Assembly: GCA_964016885.1 (NCBI GenBank)
Contig: OZ024756.1
Location: forward strand, 28,706,001-28,770,000
Length of the DNA stretch: 64,000 nt
Direction of reading: 5' to 3'
DNA from: Eledone cirrhosa
Taxonomy: Eukaryota
In this document: one piece after another, positions 16,620-29,700 of the stretch
How positions within the stretch are numbered: the first letter of the stretch is position 1
How the letters are laid out: each line of letters begins with the position of its first letter
Notes under the pieces: model-generated
Databases searched by the model: none
Told to the model about the DNA's origin: nothing
Seen by the model: the letters and a program-made list of their open reading frames with translations, nothing else
Program-made: the position numbers and the translations under genes

Positions 16620-17300
16620 TGGGCAGTGGATTGTCAGTATCAGTAGAGCGTCGGTCACCATGCTTCGTGGCATAGAGTTACGTCCCTTTACGTTCTGAGT
16701 TTTCAAATCTCGTTGAGATTAGCTTTGCCTTTTATCCTTACGGGGGTTGGTAAAATACAGTACCAGTAATGCACTGGGGGTCGATTTAATCGACTTTCTC
16801 TTTCCCTCAAAATTGTGGGCCTTGTGCCTATATCAGAAACCTTTATTATTATTATGGATTGGCAGTATTGGTAGAGCGTCAGACACCATGCTTCATGGCA
16901 TAGAGTTACGGCCCTTTATGCTCTAAATTCAAATCTCGCCGAGGTTAGCTTTGCCTTTCATCCTTATATTGTTGATAAAATAAAGTACCAGTAATGCACT
17001 GGAGTTGATTTAATCGACTTTCCCCTCCCCTTCAAATTGCTGGCCTTGTGCCTAAAGTAGAAACAATTATTATCATTATTATTATTATTATTATTATGGC
17101 AGTGGATTGGCAGTATCGGTAGAGGGTCGGACGCCATGCTTTGACGCATAGAGTTACGGCCCTTGCCATTCTGAGTTCAAATCCCGCCGAGGTTAGCTTT
17201 GTCTTTCATCCTTACGGGATCGATAAAATAAAGTACCAGTAATGCACTGGTTAATTGCTGGCCTTGTGCCAAAAGTAGAAACAATTATTACTATTATTAT
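16620..17300 (+). mobile_element. Three tandem tRNA-derived SINEs (family A)
   Basis: A-box-like tggcagtatcggt, B-box gagttcaaatcc, body gcctttcatccttacggggtcgataaaataaagtaccag, (ATT)n tail. Other copies at ~2700, 3710, 13090, 20316, 22030(-), 22315(-), 26355, 27300, 30257, 40825, 41308, 47812, 48028. Confidence 0.88.
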
Positions 17301-18114
17301 TTTCATTGTATTAGGGTGGTGGATTCGGCAGAAATTATTAGGACAGCAGTCAGAATGCTTTTGCAAAAGCTTTCAGTTGCGGCTGTTTTTTATGTTGTCT
17401 GAGCCGAGTTCAAATCTCGGCCTTTGTCAACTTTACTTTACTTTTCATCCTTTTTCAAAGTTGATATAGTAAAGTACCAGTTAAAAAATTACGAGGAAGA
17501 GGTAGGGGCTGGGGAGTAGGGGATGGGAGGGGGAGGGATCAATTTAATTGATTTCCTCCTCTGTCACCATCCTGTCCCCACCATTCAAAAAAAAAAAAAA
17601 AAAAAAATTATTGGCCTTGTGCTGAAATTCAGAAGCCATTGTTGTTATTAATTTGTTTTTTAAATTTTTTGGTCTTTTTTTTTCCAGTTTTTATTTTTAC
17701 ATATTTATACTTTTCTTATTGCTAGAAATACCCAGAATATATATAGATTGACAGTTTAATAATAAAAAATTTTTCTTTTTTTTTCAAGCAATCCTTGAGT
17801 GTTCAGAACCTACCCTTTTTTCCTCCCTCCCCAACACCCACCCCTTTGTGGATAGCTTAAACAAACAAAAATGAAATAAAATAAAATAAAATGAAATAAA
17901 CCCTGTATTTATTATTCATAGATGGTCTTTTAATAATCTTGTGTTTAACCAATTCAGCAAAAGAATCTTTTTTTTTTAAAGTTTGTTATTATTATTAAAC
18001 TTGTACAGCAAAATTGACTGTTTTTCTGTGTTATTTTTGTTGTTAATTCTTCTTCTTATTCTTCTCCTCCTCCTCCTCCTCCTCCTCTCTTTCTTCATCA
18101 CCACCATCATCATC

Positions 18115-18365
18115 TCTTCTTCTTCTTCTTCATTGCCCCTTATTCCTGAGAGGGTGGTGGGGACAGAGTCCTTAAACACTCCTTCCAGTAGGTTCTGTCA
18201 AAAGCAACTGCCTTGAACTGATCTGGCTGGATCCCCAACTGAGACCAGCCAAGCTCATGGATGTTATCCAACCATCTTGCTCAGAGTCTACACCTGGGTC
18301 TCTTGCCAGTTGGTTTTGCCTGTAAAATCTGTCCAGCGATTCTTTCCTGAGACATTCTAACCACA
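18115..18365 (-). mobile_element. Third RTE-like LINE family 3' end with (AAG)n tail
   Basis: RMSQERIAGQILQAKPTGKRPR...RWLDNIHEL; related copies at ~36490-36630 and 61265-61515. Confidence 0.75.
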
Positions 18366-18906
18366 TCTAGCCCACACTGTAAAGTAACCGTGTAATTGTC
18401 ATGATAAAAAGCACCCAGCCCACATTGTAAAATCGACGTGTAAAAGACATGGCAAAAAACACCCAGTACACACTGTAAATGGGGTTGGCATTAGGAAGGA
18501 GATCCAACCATAGAAAACCAACCAGAAACACTCCTATATGAGCGAGACACGGTCACCCAACCCAACTTGCCTCTAAATGAGACATGATGATGATGATCAT
18601 ATATATACATATGAAAAGTGGGTGTCTTGAAAGTTGCTACAAGGCAGATGGTGTTGCAAATATTGATCTAACAAAATTGTATGAGAAATGAGAGAGATGA
18701 CATTGAGTACAAAGAAATGGAGAAGAGGAAGAAAAGTAAGAATCAGAGATTCTATTACCTTGGTAATATCTAATGGTTCCAATATATTTCAGATACACTA
18801 TCCATTATCAATGAATCCATTGAGAAACTTGGAATATTGGAGAAAACATTTCTATGCCTCTGTGTAGCTAATGCTAGAGTTATCACTGAGTTTTGTGCAT
18901 GCTTAA

Positions 18907-19124
18907 CCCTTTAGCATTTAAACCTACCATATCCGACAAGAATTCTCTCACTTCTTTCTGTTCAAACTGGCTGTAACTTGCCACTCATACTGATGTTATG
19001 GTAATGTTCTCAAAATAAATAATGTCAAAATCTCATAGATTGGATATTATGTAAGATATTAAGATAAAAAATGTTTACTGTGAAAATACAATAGTAAATA
19101 TAGAATAATGTAAATGGTAAAGGG
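18907..19124. mobile_element. piggyBac-type MITE, same family
   Basis: TTAA TSD, CCCTTTAGCATTTA TIR. Confidence 0.9.
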
Positions 19125-19139
19125 TTAACATAGGATATT

Positions 19140-19951
19140 CTAGGATACTCCTGTGCTAAGAACATGAAGGCCCACATCACCAGCAGCCCTAGGAGCAACA
19201 CCCCACCAGGGTGCTCTTGCCGTAAGCCTGAAGCTTGCCCCCTTCAACAGCAATGCAACACACCAGCTGTAATTTATGAAGCTGTGGTCACTTCCAACCA
19301 ACCAAACGAACCACAGGAGGTCAAATCCTATGTGGGCATGGCCGAGGGCCGATTCAAGGAGCGTTTCCTGAACCACCAGTCTACCTTCAGATACCCGGAC
19401 AGACGTTCATCCAGGAAACTTGCGAGCCACATATGGTCCCTCAAGGACTCAAGTATAGGCTACTCCATTCAATGGAAAGCCATCACTAAGTCCAAGCCAT
19501 ACGCAAGGGGAAATCCGACGTGTGGCTTATGTATTGATGAACGAATAACTATCCTAAAGAGATTACGCAATAGTGATTGCCTAAACACGAGAAGTGAATT
19601 TTTCACACATTGTCCACACGTCACCAAACATCTATTGCATAACTACAAGGGTTCGGAATGATTCTTTGTAATTTTATTTTTAATTTTTTTAATTTTATTT
19701 TTCAACCTAAAAACTTTCCCGCACGCAGTCTAGTATTGCCTCTGTGAAGTGACCGAGTTTCTGCGCATGCGTGTTCGTACGGTTGTCCTTCCTGTTCCTA
19801 TAACCATACACATCCCGAGCTGAAGATCCGCGAAGGTGAAACAATTGTTCTCGGTATGGTGAACTAACTGTTGTGTAACCACTTCTACCTAACTCGTCCC
19901 TTGGACTGAGTGCTCTACCACTACGGATACTACCCTCCAGTGTTCCACCAC
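19140..19951 (+). mobile_element. 5'-truncated Penelope-like retroelement (Naiad-like): GIY-YIG endonuclease ORF remnant plus 3' pLTR with hammerhead ribozyme
   Basis: Frame open 19134-19661: YSC..NM, CxCx5Cx5C (CSCRKPEACPLQQQC), VIY..YVG, FKERFLNH, CGLC, LNTRSE, HCPH. No RT domain present. Ends at a (TA)n tract. Confidence 0.88.
19803..19860 (+). ncRNA. Type I hammerhead ribozyme in PLE 3' region
   Basis: CCGAG-CUGAAGA-U-CC(gcgaa)GG-U-GAA-AC(aauu)GU-U-CUCGG, with outer helix ACCAUA/UAUGGU after a 6-nt bulge. Confidence 0.85.
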
Positions 19952-19970
19952 TATATATATATATATAAAC

Positions 19971-20051
<81 letters not shown>

Positions 20052-20084
20052 CATATATTTATATACATATATATATTTATATAC

Positions 20085-20135
<51 letters not shown>

Positions 20136-22657
20136 CATATATACATAAATATATATACATATATATATATAAGCAAAGAGATATTTTATTTGTTGGTTAT
20201 TCAACAAATTTATTTATAACAGATTCTAAGCACTCTACAGTTTTCTTCTGGAGTATAATATCAATGATATTAATAAATGGAAACTATCTTTATAAAACCA
20301 TATTTATTTTATTATAGAGGGTCGGACACCATGCTTTCCAGCATAGTTACGTCCCTTTACGATCTGAGTTCAAATCCCGCCGAGGTTGACTATGCCTTTC
20401 ATCCTTACGGGGTCGATAAAATAAAGTACCAGTAATGCACTGGGTAATTGCTGGCCTTGTGCCTAAAGTAGAAACAATTATATATATATATATATATACA
20501 TACATACATATATATATTTATACTTTATATATATATATATTTATTTATATATAACATAATTAGTGTTATAAATGCTAAAGAATTCAAACATTGATTAAGC
20601 GATCCACCCAAGATTGTAGGGATCACTAAACGAGAGGTCACATCAAATGATCCTCTTAGTGGCCCCAAATAAATTCCACTGAAGTTTCTCTCTATATCCA
20701 TTACAAATGCTATTACACTGATAAATAAATATCGTTTAGACAAGAAACTACTCAACAAAATATATACCAGGCTAAAGACGAATGAATTATCTCCCTTGTA
20801 TTCTAATCTACCTACTTAACTCATAATCATCTCCCTTGAATGCTAACATATAATTATCTCCCTTGTATTTTAGGCTATCTGCGAGCGCAATTCCTTCTCG
20901 TTTCTTTGGTATTGCAGTTTCATTCAGCCGTAGAAATAGAATGTTTATCAGAGTTAAAAAAAAGCAACAAAGTAATAAGAGAAAATTATAGTGCCGTCAT
21001 TTCTTTTAATAATAATAAGAGTGGAATAAACGGTGGGGTTGGAAACTCGGTCATTTTTCTCGGTTGTCTCAGTTCATTTTTAAAAAACCAGAATTAGCCG
21101 TTTAGTTTACATATTGGGACCGCAAGCCATCCTATTTATTGTACTTTTTTTGTCATATATAATATTTTTTAGTGTACAAACAAATTAATTGTCGCAGGAA
21201 TCCACACACTTAAAATAAGATTTCGCCGGAGATCGATTAGTAAAATTTAATAAGCGAGGGGTGGGAATGGAAACAATCTGAAAAATTAATAAGGGGTGGT
21301 GGTGGTATTATTCGAGACCCGAGAGTTACAACATGGGCTCTAACAAAGCGTCTTATAAATTACAGCACTTGTCTTGTGATGATCGCTTTCCAACATGAAG
21401 AAATATATATTATGGATAATGTTTTCTATCTGATGAGATTATATACAATAGAAAATAGTAACCTAAGTAAACATGAAAGAACAGCCGAACTCTCACTGTC
21501 ATCGCTTCCATCTCTCTCACCCTCCCCATCTGTCCGTATGGTGAGCAAATGGGGTCCTACGTGCTGGCCTCCCCACAGTCCCGACGGACAGAATGGAGGT
21601 GTTCCCCCGGAGGATGGTAAGGGAGATGCGCTGGAAGAGCCATTCCAACTCGCAACGCTCACACCTGCGGCTGGCCAGCTCAGCGCCTATGGTGGTGAAT
21701 AGGGAGGTAGCCCTAGGGCCAAGGACAGCAGAAGTCTCCACTGCCAAAAGGAAAATTGACGAAACCTATACAAGAATACTTCGAGGTACTCAGGATATCT
21801 CCTGCAGACAACACCCCAGGAAAGAACTTCATGGTAATTTACCACCAATATCACACGTTATTAGAGAAAGAAGAACAAGATTCACTGGACATAGCTGGAG
21901 AGAGCAAAGAATGAGATCATCAATGACGTTCTTCTTTGGGAAACAGAACATGGGCAATGGCAGACTAAACAGACTGGAGAGAACGAGTCAAGGCGATCCA
22001 TGCAATAAGCATGCCTGGATGACGATGAAAACAACAATAATAATTATTTCTTATATAGGCACAAGGCCAGCAATTTTTTTTAAGGGGGGGGGGAGTCGAT
22101 TAAATCGACCCCAGTGCTGACTGGTACTTTATTTTATCGACCCCGTAAGGATGAAAGGTAAAGCTAACTCGACGGGGTTTGATCTCGGAATGCAAAGGGC
22201 TATAACTAAATACTGCAAAGCATGCTCTACGACGCTCTACTGATTCTGCTAATCCAATAGTAATATAGAAATAATGATATCGACGAGAATAATGTGATGA
22301 TAACACCATAATAATTGTTTCTACTTTAGGCACAATGCCAGCAATTTTTTTTTGGGAGGGAGGGGTCGATTTAGTCTAGTTCGTTACGTGTACATTATTT
22401 TATCCACCCAATAAGGATGAAAGGCAAAGCTAACCTCGGTGGGATTTGGGCTCAGAACGTAAAGGGACGTGACTATATACCGCAAAGCATGTTGTCTACT
22501 AATACTGCCGATTCACCACCCTATTTCTTTGTTTATAAAGATAACAATCATCATAATAATAATATTAAACGAATAATTGTAAATACGAAACTGTGTCTGA
22601 GAAATAATCTGCCAATGTCAATAATATATCTCGCATGGCTCCTCAGTGTTGTGCGTC

Positions 22658-22857
22658 ATGGCTGTAAGCATGAACTTTCTTACTTCAGAGGTAACTCTAG
22701 ATCAATATGAAGACTGGCTTAAAGGAAACCTTTCTGCATCAAAAACACAGCTACCAACTGTTGTTGTTAAAAGTAAAACTTGTGGTAAAGCTTTAGATCG
22801 AACTTCTTTGGAGCCCGTTAAAAGCCATGCTCGTTTACCAAAACCACCACATCAAAG
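22658..22857 (+). CDS. TDRD9: TDRD9 coding exon 1 (MAVSMNFLTSEVTLDQYEDWLKG...PPHQ)
   Basis: gtcATGG start context; donor AG|gtaag at 22858; phase 2 matches next exon. Confidence 0.75.
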
Positions 22858-23499
22858 GTAAGAATAACAAGTATCTCCATAATCGTAATTAAACAAACTT
22901 TGTTGACATATTTTTGTTGTATTTTCGTTATCAAATGGTCATTAAGTAGAATGATATATATATATATATATTTCAAGAAAACAACAACTTAGCCACGTTG
23001 TTAATAACAGTGAAACCTCGAAAGCACGAGAGGAAATTGAAACTAATTTATATTTTTATTCCGTTTCGAAGCCACCGTGTTATAGCTAGAAAACAACATA
23101 AATATGATATAATGATACAAATCTTCTACTATATATTTACAATTTTAATTTACTATATATATATTTAATTATAGTATATTTATATATTTAATTAAAAAAA
23201 ATATATATATAATATATTAACAAATGGAAACTATATTTATAAAACCATATTTATTTCATTATACATATTTCAAGGACACCAAAGCAAATTACGGTGAGCT
23301 TTCATCAGATAAAATATAATATAGATCAGTTTTATAAACAAATATTGACATATCCTTAAAGAATGCGACCATGTCGGTTGGAAGCTCGATTGTATTTTTA
23401 CTCCAAAAATTTGTTAAGTGCTTTATATCAGTTATAAAAATATTTGCTTGTTGTATCCCAACAAATTAAATATAACTTCTACATATATATTTAATTATA

Positions 23500-23545
<46 letters not shown>

Positions 23546-23742
23546 AGATGCAGGACTCCGACGGCTGAGAATCCGGTCGTTTCGACAGCTAGATCCGAAC
23601 AGATCGAAGCTCAGCCGTCGAAGTCCTGAATCTTTTCATATTACCCACTCTACTACCCCAAGTATCGAGTACTCTGGTGCGTTATGGACCACCTAATATC
23701 TTAGCACACCCTCTTTGTTTTGTATATATATATAGAATTATA

Positions 23743-23787
<45 letters not shown>

Positions 23788-26700
23788 GGAAACAAAACAC
23801 AGTGATGCAAAAATACATTTATATTAGGTTCACTATATATCTTTTGTGAACTTCGTATTCAAAATATTTGTTTGTCTACTTTAGTGTATCCTTCAATATT
23901 TATTGTAAGTAATACATAACACATTCTTTTACGAGTGGAATAATTAATACGATGTCTATCGAAAAAGTATCCCGACTATAGTCTGGTGAAAAATATAACC
24001 TACTCTTATTGCCTCAACACGCTTAGCCCAATAATCTTTCCACTGTTTGAAGCACTTCCACGCTAGCATGGGTTAGACGGGTTGTCCTGTTGTGGGCAGT
24101 GTCCGGTCGGCTGACCTTGTCATGCTCTAATAATTAATATTATTTGTTATATGGAAATGTCTTTGACATTGCAGTTATTCTGTTGAGGAGAGAACTCAGT
24201 ATGCATTAAAATACCAGGCTGATGAACAGAAGAAATGGATTCAACAGTCTCAGGTGAGTGAATAGATATAATCAGTCACAGGTGACTGATTACAACAGTC
24301 TTCTCACCTGTTTTTTTACCTTTTCTTACATTGTTTCTTACAGCACCTGTTCAACATTAGTAGGATTTAAAAAAAAAAAAATTTTGTTGTTGCAGCTGTT
24401 GTTTAATTACCACCACCACTTCCACCTCCATCACTACTACTATTACTACTACCATTACCAGCACCACTACCATCATCACTAATACCACCACAACCACCAC
24501 CAACATCACTACCATCATCACTACTACCACCACAACCATCACCACTGCTACTACTACTACTACTACTACTGTTACCAGCACCACTACCACCATCACTACT
24601 ACCACCACAACCGTCACTACTGTTACTACTACTACCATTACCAGCACCACTGCCATCATCACTACTACCACCACAACCATCACCACTGCTACTACTACTA
24701 CTAGTGTTACCAGCACCACTACCACCATCACTACTACCACCACAACCGTCACTACTGTTACTACTACTACCATTACCAGCACCACTGCCATCATCACTAC
24801 TACCACTACTACTACCACCACAACCGTCACTACTGTTACTACTACTACCATTACCAGCACCACTGCCATCATCACTACTACCACCACAACCATCACCACT
24901 GCTACTACTACTACTACTACTGTTACCAGCACCACTACCACCATCACTACTACCACCACAACCGTCACTACTGTTACTACTACTACCATTACCAGCACCA
25001 CTGCCATCATCACTACTACCACCACAACCATCACCACTGCTACTACTACTACTGTTACCAGCACCACTACCACCATCACTACTACCACCACCACAACCGT
25101 CACTACTGTTACTACTACTACCATTACCAGCACCACTGCCATCATCACTGCTACCACCACAACCATCACCACTGCTACTACTACTACTACTACTGTTACC
25201 ACCATCACTACTACCACCGCCACAACCGTCACTACTGTTACTACTACTACCATTACCAGCACCACTGCCATCATCACTACTACCACCACAACCATCACCA
25301 CTGCTACTACTACTACTACTACTGTTACCAGCACCACTACCACCATCACTACTACCACCACAACCGTCACTACTGTTACTACTACTACCATTACCAGCAC
25401 CACTGCCATCATCACTACTACCACCACAACCATCACCACTGCTACTACTACTACTACTACTGTTACCAGCACCACTACCACCATCACTACTACCACCACA
25501 ACCGTCACTACTGTTACTACTACTACCATTACCAGCACCACTGCCATCATCACTACTACCACCACAGCCATCACCACTGCTACTACTACTACTACTACTG
25601 TTACCAGCACCACTACTACTTCTATATATGTATTTTTATTTTACATTCTAGATACATGACCTGAATGTCAGTGCCTCAAATGAAGGAGCTTTGAACCAGC
25701 TTGAGGAAGATTCTGACTTCACAGAGATGTACGGTAATATAAAAGAGAACTTAAAGTTGAATACAGATGCCTATGAAGGTTTTACATTCAACCATTCACC
25801 CTCTGCTTTACCAATTGAAGAACACAAGAATCAGGTAACACTCCATTTCATTTATTCTCCATCAAGGGCTGTTTTCAATGCCAACAGTGGTTTCTTTTTC
25901 ATCACAATTATCATCCCTAATTGTCTGCTTTCCCTGCCAACAAGGGTTGGACAGGCCTTTACAGACCAAGTTTTCATAACTACACCTGATGTGCCCCTTC
26001 CATACACATGCACACATGTATGCACTGTTCATTTTACTGATGTTTGTGCATTGCCCTATGTACTGTACATGCACTTTTTTGATGGGTTGTGGTGCACCTG
26101 GGCACTGTGCACAATATTTCATTATTGTTATTATTATATCATGACTCATACACTGTTTATTTTCCTGACATTTGTACATTATTCTATGTACTATACATGC
26201 ACCTTTGATGAGTTGTAGTGCACCTGAGCACTGTACACAATAATTTCATTATTATTATTATTATTATTATAAACTCAGTCAGTACTAAAGCTGGGCTACT
26301 GACATTCTCAAACATGTCGGGGGGTCTGCATTTCGTTTACATACAGTTCCATGTTCTGGCGAAATGGTAGTCGTTAGAACGTCGGATAAGAATGCTTTAT
26401 GGTATTCGTTTCAGCTCTCTGCTCTCTGAGTTCAAATCCCGCCGAGGTCAACTTTGCCTTTCATCCTTTCGAGGTCGATAAAAAAAAAGTAACAGTCTAG
26501 TATTCTTCCTCCCTCTCTGAAAGAAATCTGCTGTACTCAGGCCTGGAAAGGGGTGGGCTTTACCAGGCTTATATTGCCCAAGAAACGCTGTATGTTAATA
26601 TGGTAGCTCTACGACTCTTATCTGGAATTACAGGACCATACATACCATATATATATACATACAAGTAGAAGGGATATTTAATTTGTTGGAAAATCGACAA

Positions 26701-29700
26701 GTATATATATAATATGTGGTGACAGTCAAGTCTGCAATTTTCAACTGTGAAAATTGCAAACTTGACTGTCACCACATATTATGAACCTGAAGATTGCGAA
26801 AGCATGAAAGTACTTGTTCAATTAACACTTAGAATTTAATATTCTATCATACTATTTCATTATAATACCATTATAAATTTTAAAGGATTGTAAATAAAAC
26901 AAGTAAATCAGACAAAGTTGGAATTCCTCTTATTAATATAATCTTCTATACACAATCATACACACCCGTGTATATTTACCTATCTATATATATATATATA
27001 TATATCACCATCATAATTTAATATCCACTTTCCCTGCTGACAAAGGTTGAATGTGTTTTCACAAACCAAGTCAGTACTGAGACGAGGCTACTGACCTTCC
27101 AGACATGTCAGGGGATCTGCATCTTGTTTACAAACAGTCTTACATTCTACCGAGTGCATTTTAGTGTTGCACCAGCATGAAAGAGATTGTTCTTCACACA
27201 ACTGATGAGTCCTCCTAACCCTTTGTTTGGCAAGCTTTCTATGGCTGGATGCCCTTCATAACACCAATAACCTCCTCTGCATAAATTCTTCCTTTAGGAC
27301 GGTGAATTGACAGAGTTGTTAAAGCAACGGACAATTACTTAGCAGAATTTGTTCCAGTTCTCTACATTCTGAGTTCAAATCCTGCTGAGGCCAACTTTAC
27401 CTTTCACCCTTCTGGGCTTGATAAAATCAAATCAACTTTTCCCTCCCCACAAATTGCTGGCCTTATGCTTAGATGAGAAATTATTATAAGAGTGACTAGA
27501 GTAAAGTATGCTTCATTTCTAAAGATGTAATTAGATAATCTTATTATCAACCACAGCAACAACAACTGTTTCTACTTTTGGCACAAGGCCAGCAATTACC
27601 CCAGTGCATTACTGGTACTTTATTTTATCGACCCCGTAAGGATGAAAGGCAAAGTTAACCTCGGCGGGATTTGAACTCAGAATGGCAAGGGCCGTAACTC
27701 TATGCGTCAAAGCATGGCGTCCGACCCTCTATCGATACTGCCATCCACCGACACCACAACAACAACAATAATAATAACAATTTCATGTCAGAGATTTCAT
27801 CATTATTGAATTTCCCAAGGGCGGTGGATTGGCAGTATTGGTAGAGGGTCGGACGCCATGCTGTGACGCATAGAGTTACGGCCCTTGCTATTCTGAGATC
27901 AAATCCCGCCGAGGTTAACTTTGCTTTTCATCCTTACGGGGTCGATAAAATAAAGTACCAGTAATACACTGGGTAATTGCTGGCCTTGTGCAAAAGTAGA
28001 AACCATTATTGAATTTCCTTTTTTTTTTTTTTTTCGTTTTTTTCATTTTAACAGATTCTGAACACTGTTGAGAGTAACCAGGTGACTGTAATCCAAGGCC
28101 CGACAGGTTCTGGTAAAACCACTCAAGTGCCCCAGTTCATTCTGGATCATTATGCATCAAAGAATCAATATTGTAACATTGTGGTCACTCAACCGAGGAG
28201 GATCGCTGCCATAAGTATTGCTAAAAGGATTTGTCAGGAAAGACGCTGGAAGTTAGGTACATTTTGTGGATACCAGGTGAGAATTAACTGTTGTTTGAGG
28301 ATTTCTTACTTTAAAATTTACTCTTAGCATGGCTTAGGGGTTAGAGCATTGGGCTTGTAATCGGGAGGTTGTGAGTTTAATTCTTGGATTGAGTGGTGCC
28401 TTGTGTCCTTGAGCAAGACACTTTATTTCACGTTGGTCCAGTTTACACAGCTGTAGAAATGAGTTGAGCTGTTACTGGTGCCAAGCTGTATTGGCCATTG
28501 CATTTCTGTTGGATAACATCGGTGGGGTGGGTGTTAGTGCAGGTGTGGCAAGCCACATATATTGTAGCCTTTAGAAAAAGCAAAATGAATGATTCGCTTT
28601 CAAAAAAGGGATGACTCAAGAAGAGTGGTCAAGATTTTCAACCTTTAGAATTGACTGTTGGTTAAGGAATTCTTACTTTACAATTCTTCTTTATTAATTA
28701 ATTAGAGCCGTGTAGGTAACACGGTAAAAAGTTCCCAGTCCACACTGTAAATGTGGTTGGTGTTAGGAAGGGCATCCAGCCGTAGAAAGCCTGCCAGATA
28801 GTCCTATATGAGTGAAACACGGTCACCCGACCAACCTTGCCTCAGGTGGGACAACTCCCATCTAAGCCATGCTAGCGTGGAAGATGGACGTTAAATGATG
28901 ATGATGATGATGATGATGAATATAGTATTTTTTATTCTAATTAAAACCTTCCAACATAATTATATATAAGAGCCATATGTTATGTTATTAATGTTAGTAA
29001 TGAAATAATTAATAATCTATTAAATCCCTCAAAATTCTTCATTAATTAATTAATACAAAGGGGAATTTCGCCAGAAATAATTAATAATTTTAACAAATCT
29101 ATCAAAATTTCTCATATATAATACAGAGGGAATTTCATCAGATATATGGTCACAAAGAAGTTATTGAATGTTTTGTTTTTATTTTCCTGCTGAATTTGTG
29201 AGTTTACCTTGTAGGTTGGTATGGATCGAGAAGTGTCTCCAAATACAAGGCTGACATACATGACAACTGGAGTCCTCTTACAGAAACTTATTAACAAGAA
29301 GGACCTTAATGACTATACACATGTCATTCTTGACGAGGTTTGTAATTTTACATATATACACATTATACATACATATATATATATATGTATGTGCAATGTC
29401 AATGTGCGTGAACAACCAAGCATGGACAAGTTGAAAGTGAAAATGTGTATAAGAGGAGAATAAACTGTAGTGTGTGGGAGAGAAGACTGCATTGGTATGG
29501 CCATGTGATGCGCATGGAAGATGACCACTTGGTGAAGAAGTGCCAAGAAATCCCAGTGGAAAGAAGACGCAGTAGAGGAAGACCACGAAAAACATGGGCA
29601 GAGGTGGTGAGAGCTGACCTCAGATCTCTGAAGCTCACAGAGGAGATGATGAAGGACTGTGACGAATGGAGAGATGCTGTGCTGAAGAAGACCTGTCCCA

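Noticed and set aside
19662-19802. SECIS element downstream of the Naiad-like ORF
   Set aside because: No in-frame UGA in the ORF and no convincing AUGA..AA..GA stem-loop by eye
21520-21725. GC-rich segment upstream of an RTE fragment as a possible HDV-like ribozyme
   Set aside because: Could not build consistent P1/P2/P3 pairings by eye; needs a descriptor search
24219-24245. CTGATGA...GAAA in exon 2; similar chance cores at ~22640, 27202, 39825 and 60850
   Set aside because: No stem I, II or III complementarity; chance matches
24357-25651. Poly-Val and Pro/Leu-rich ORFs, or a mucin-like Thr exon
   Set aside because: Trinucleotide-derived repeat; exons 2 and 3 join in phase without it
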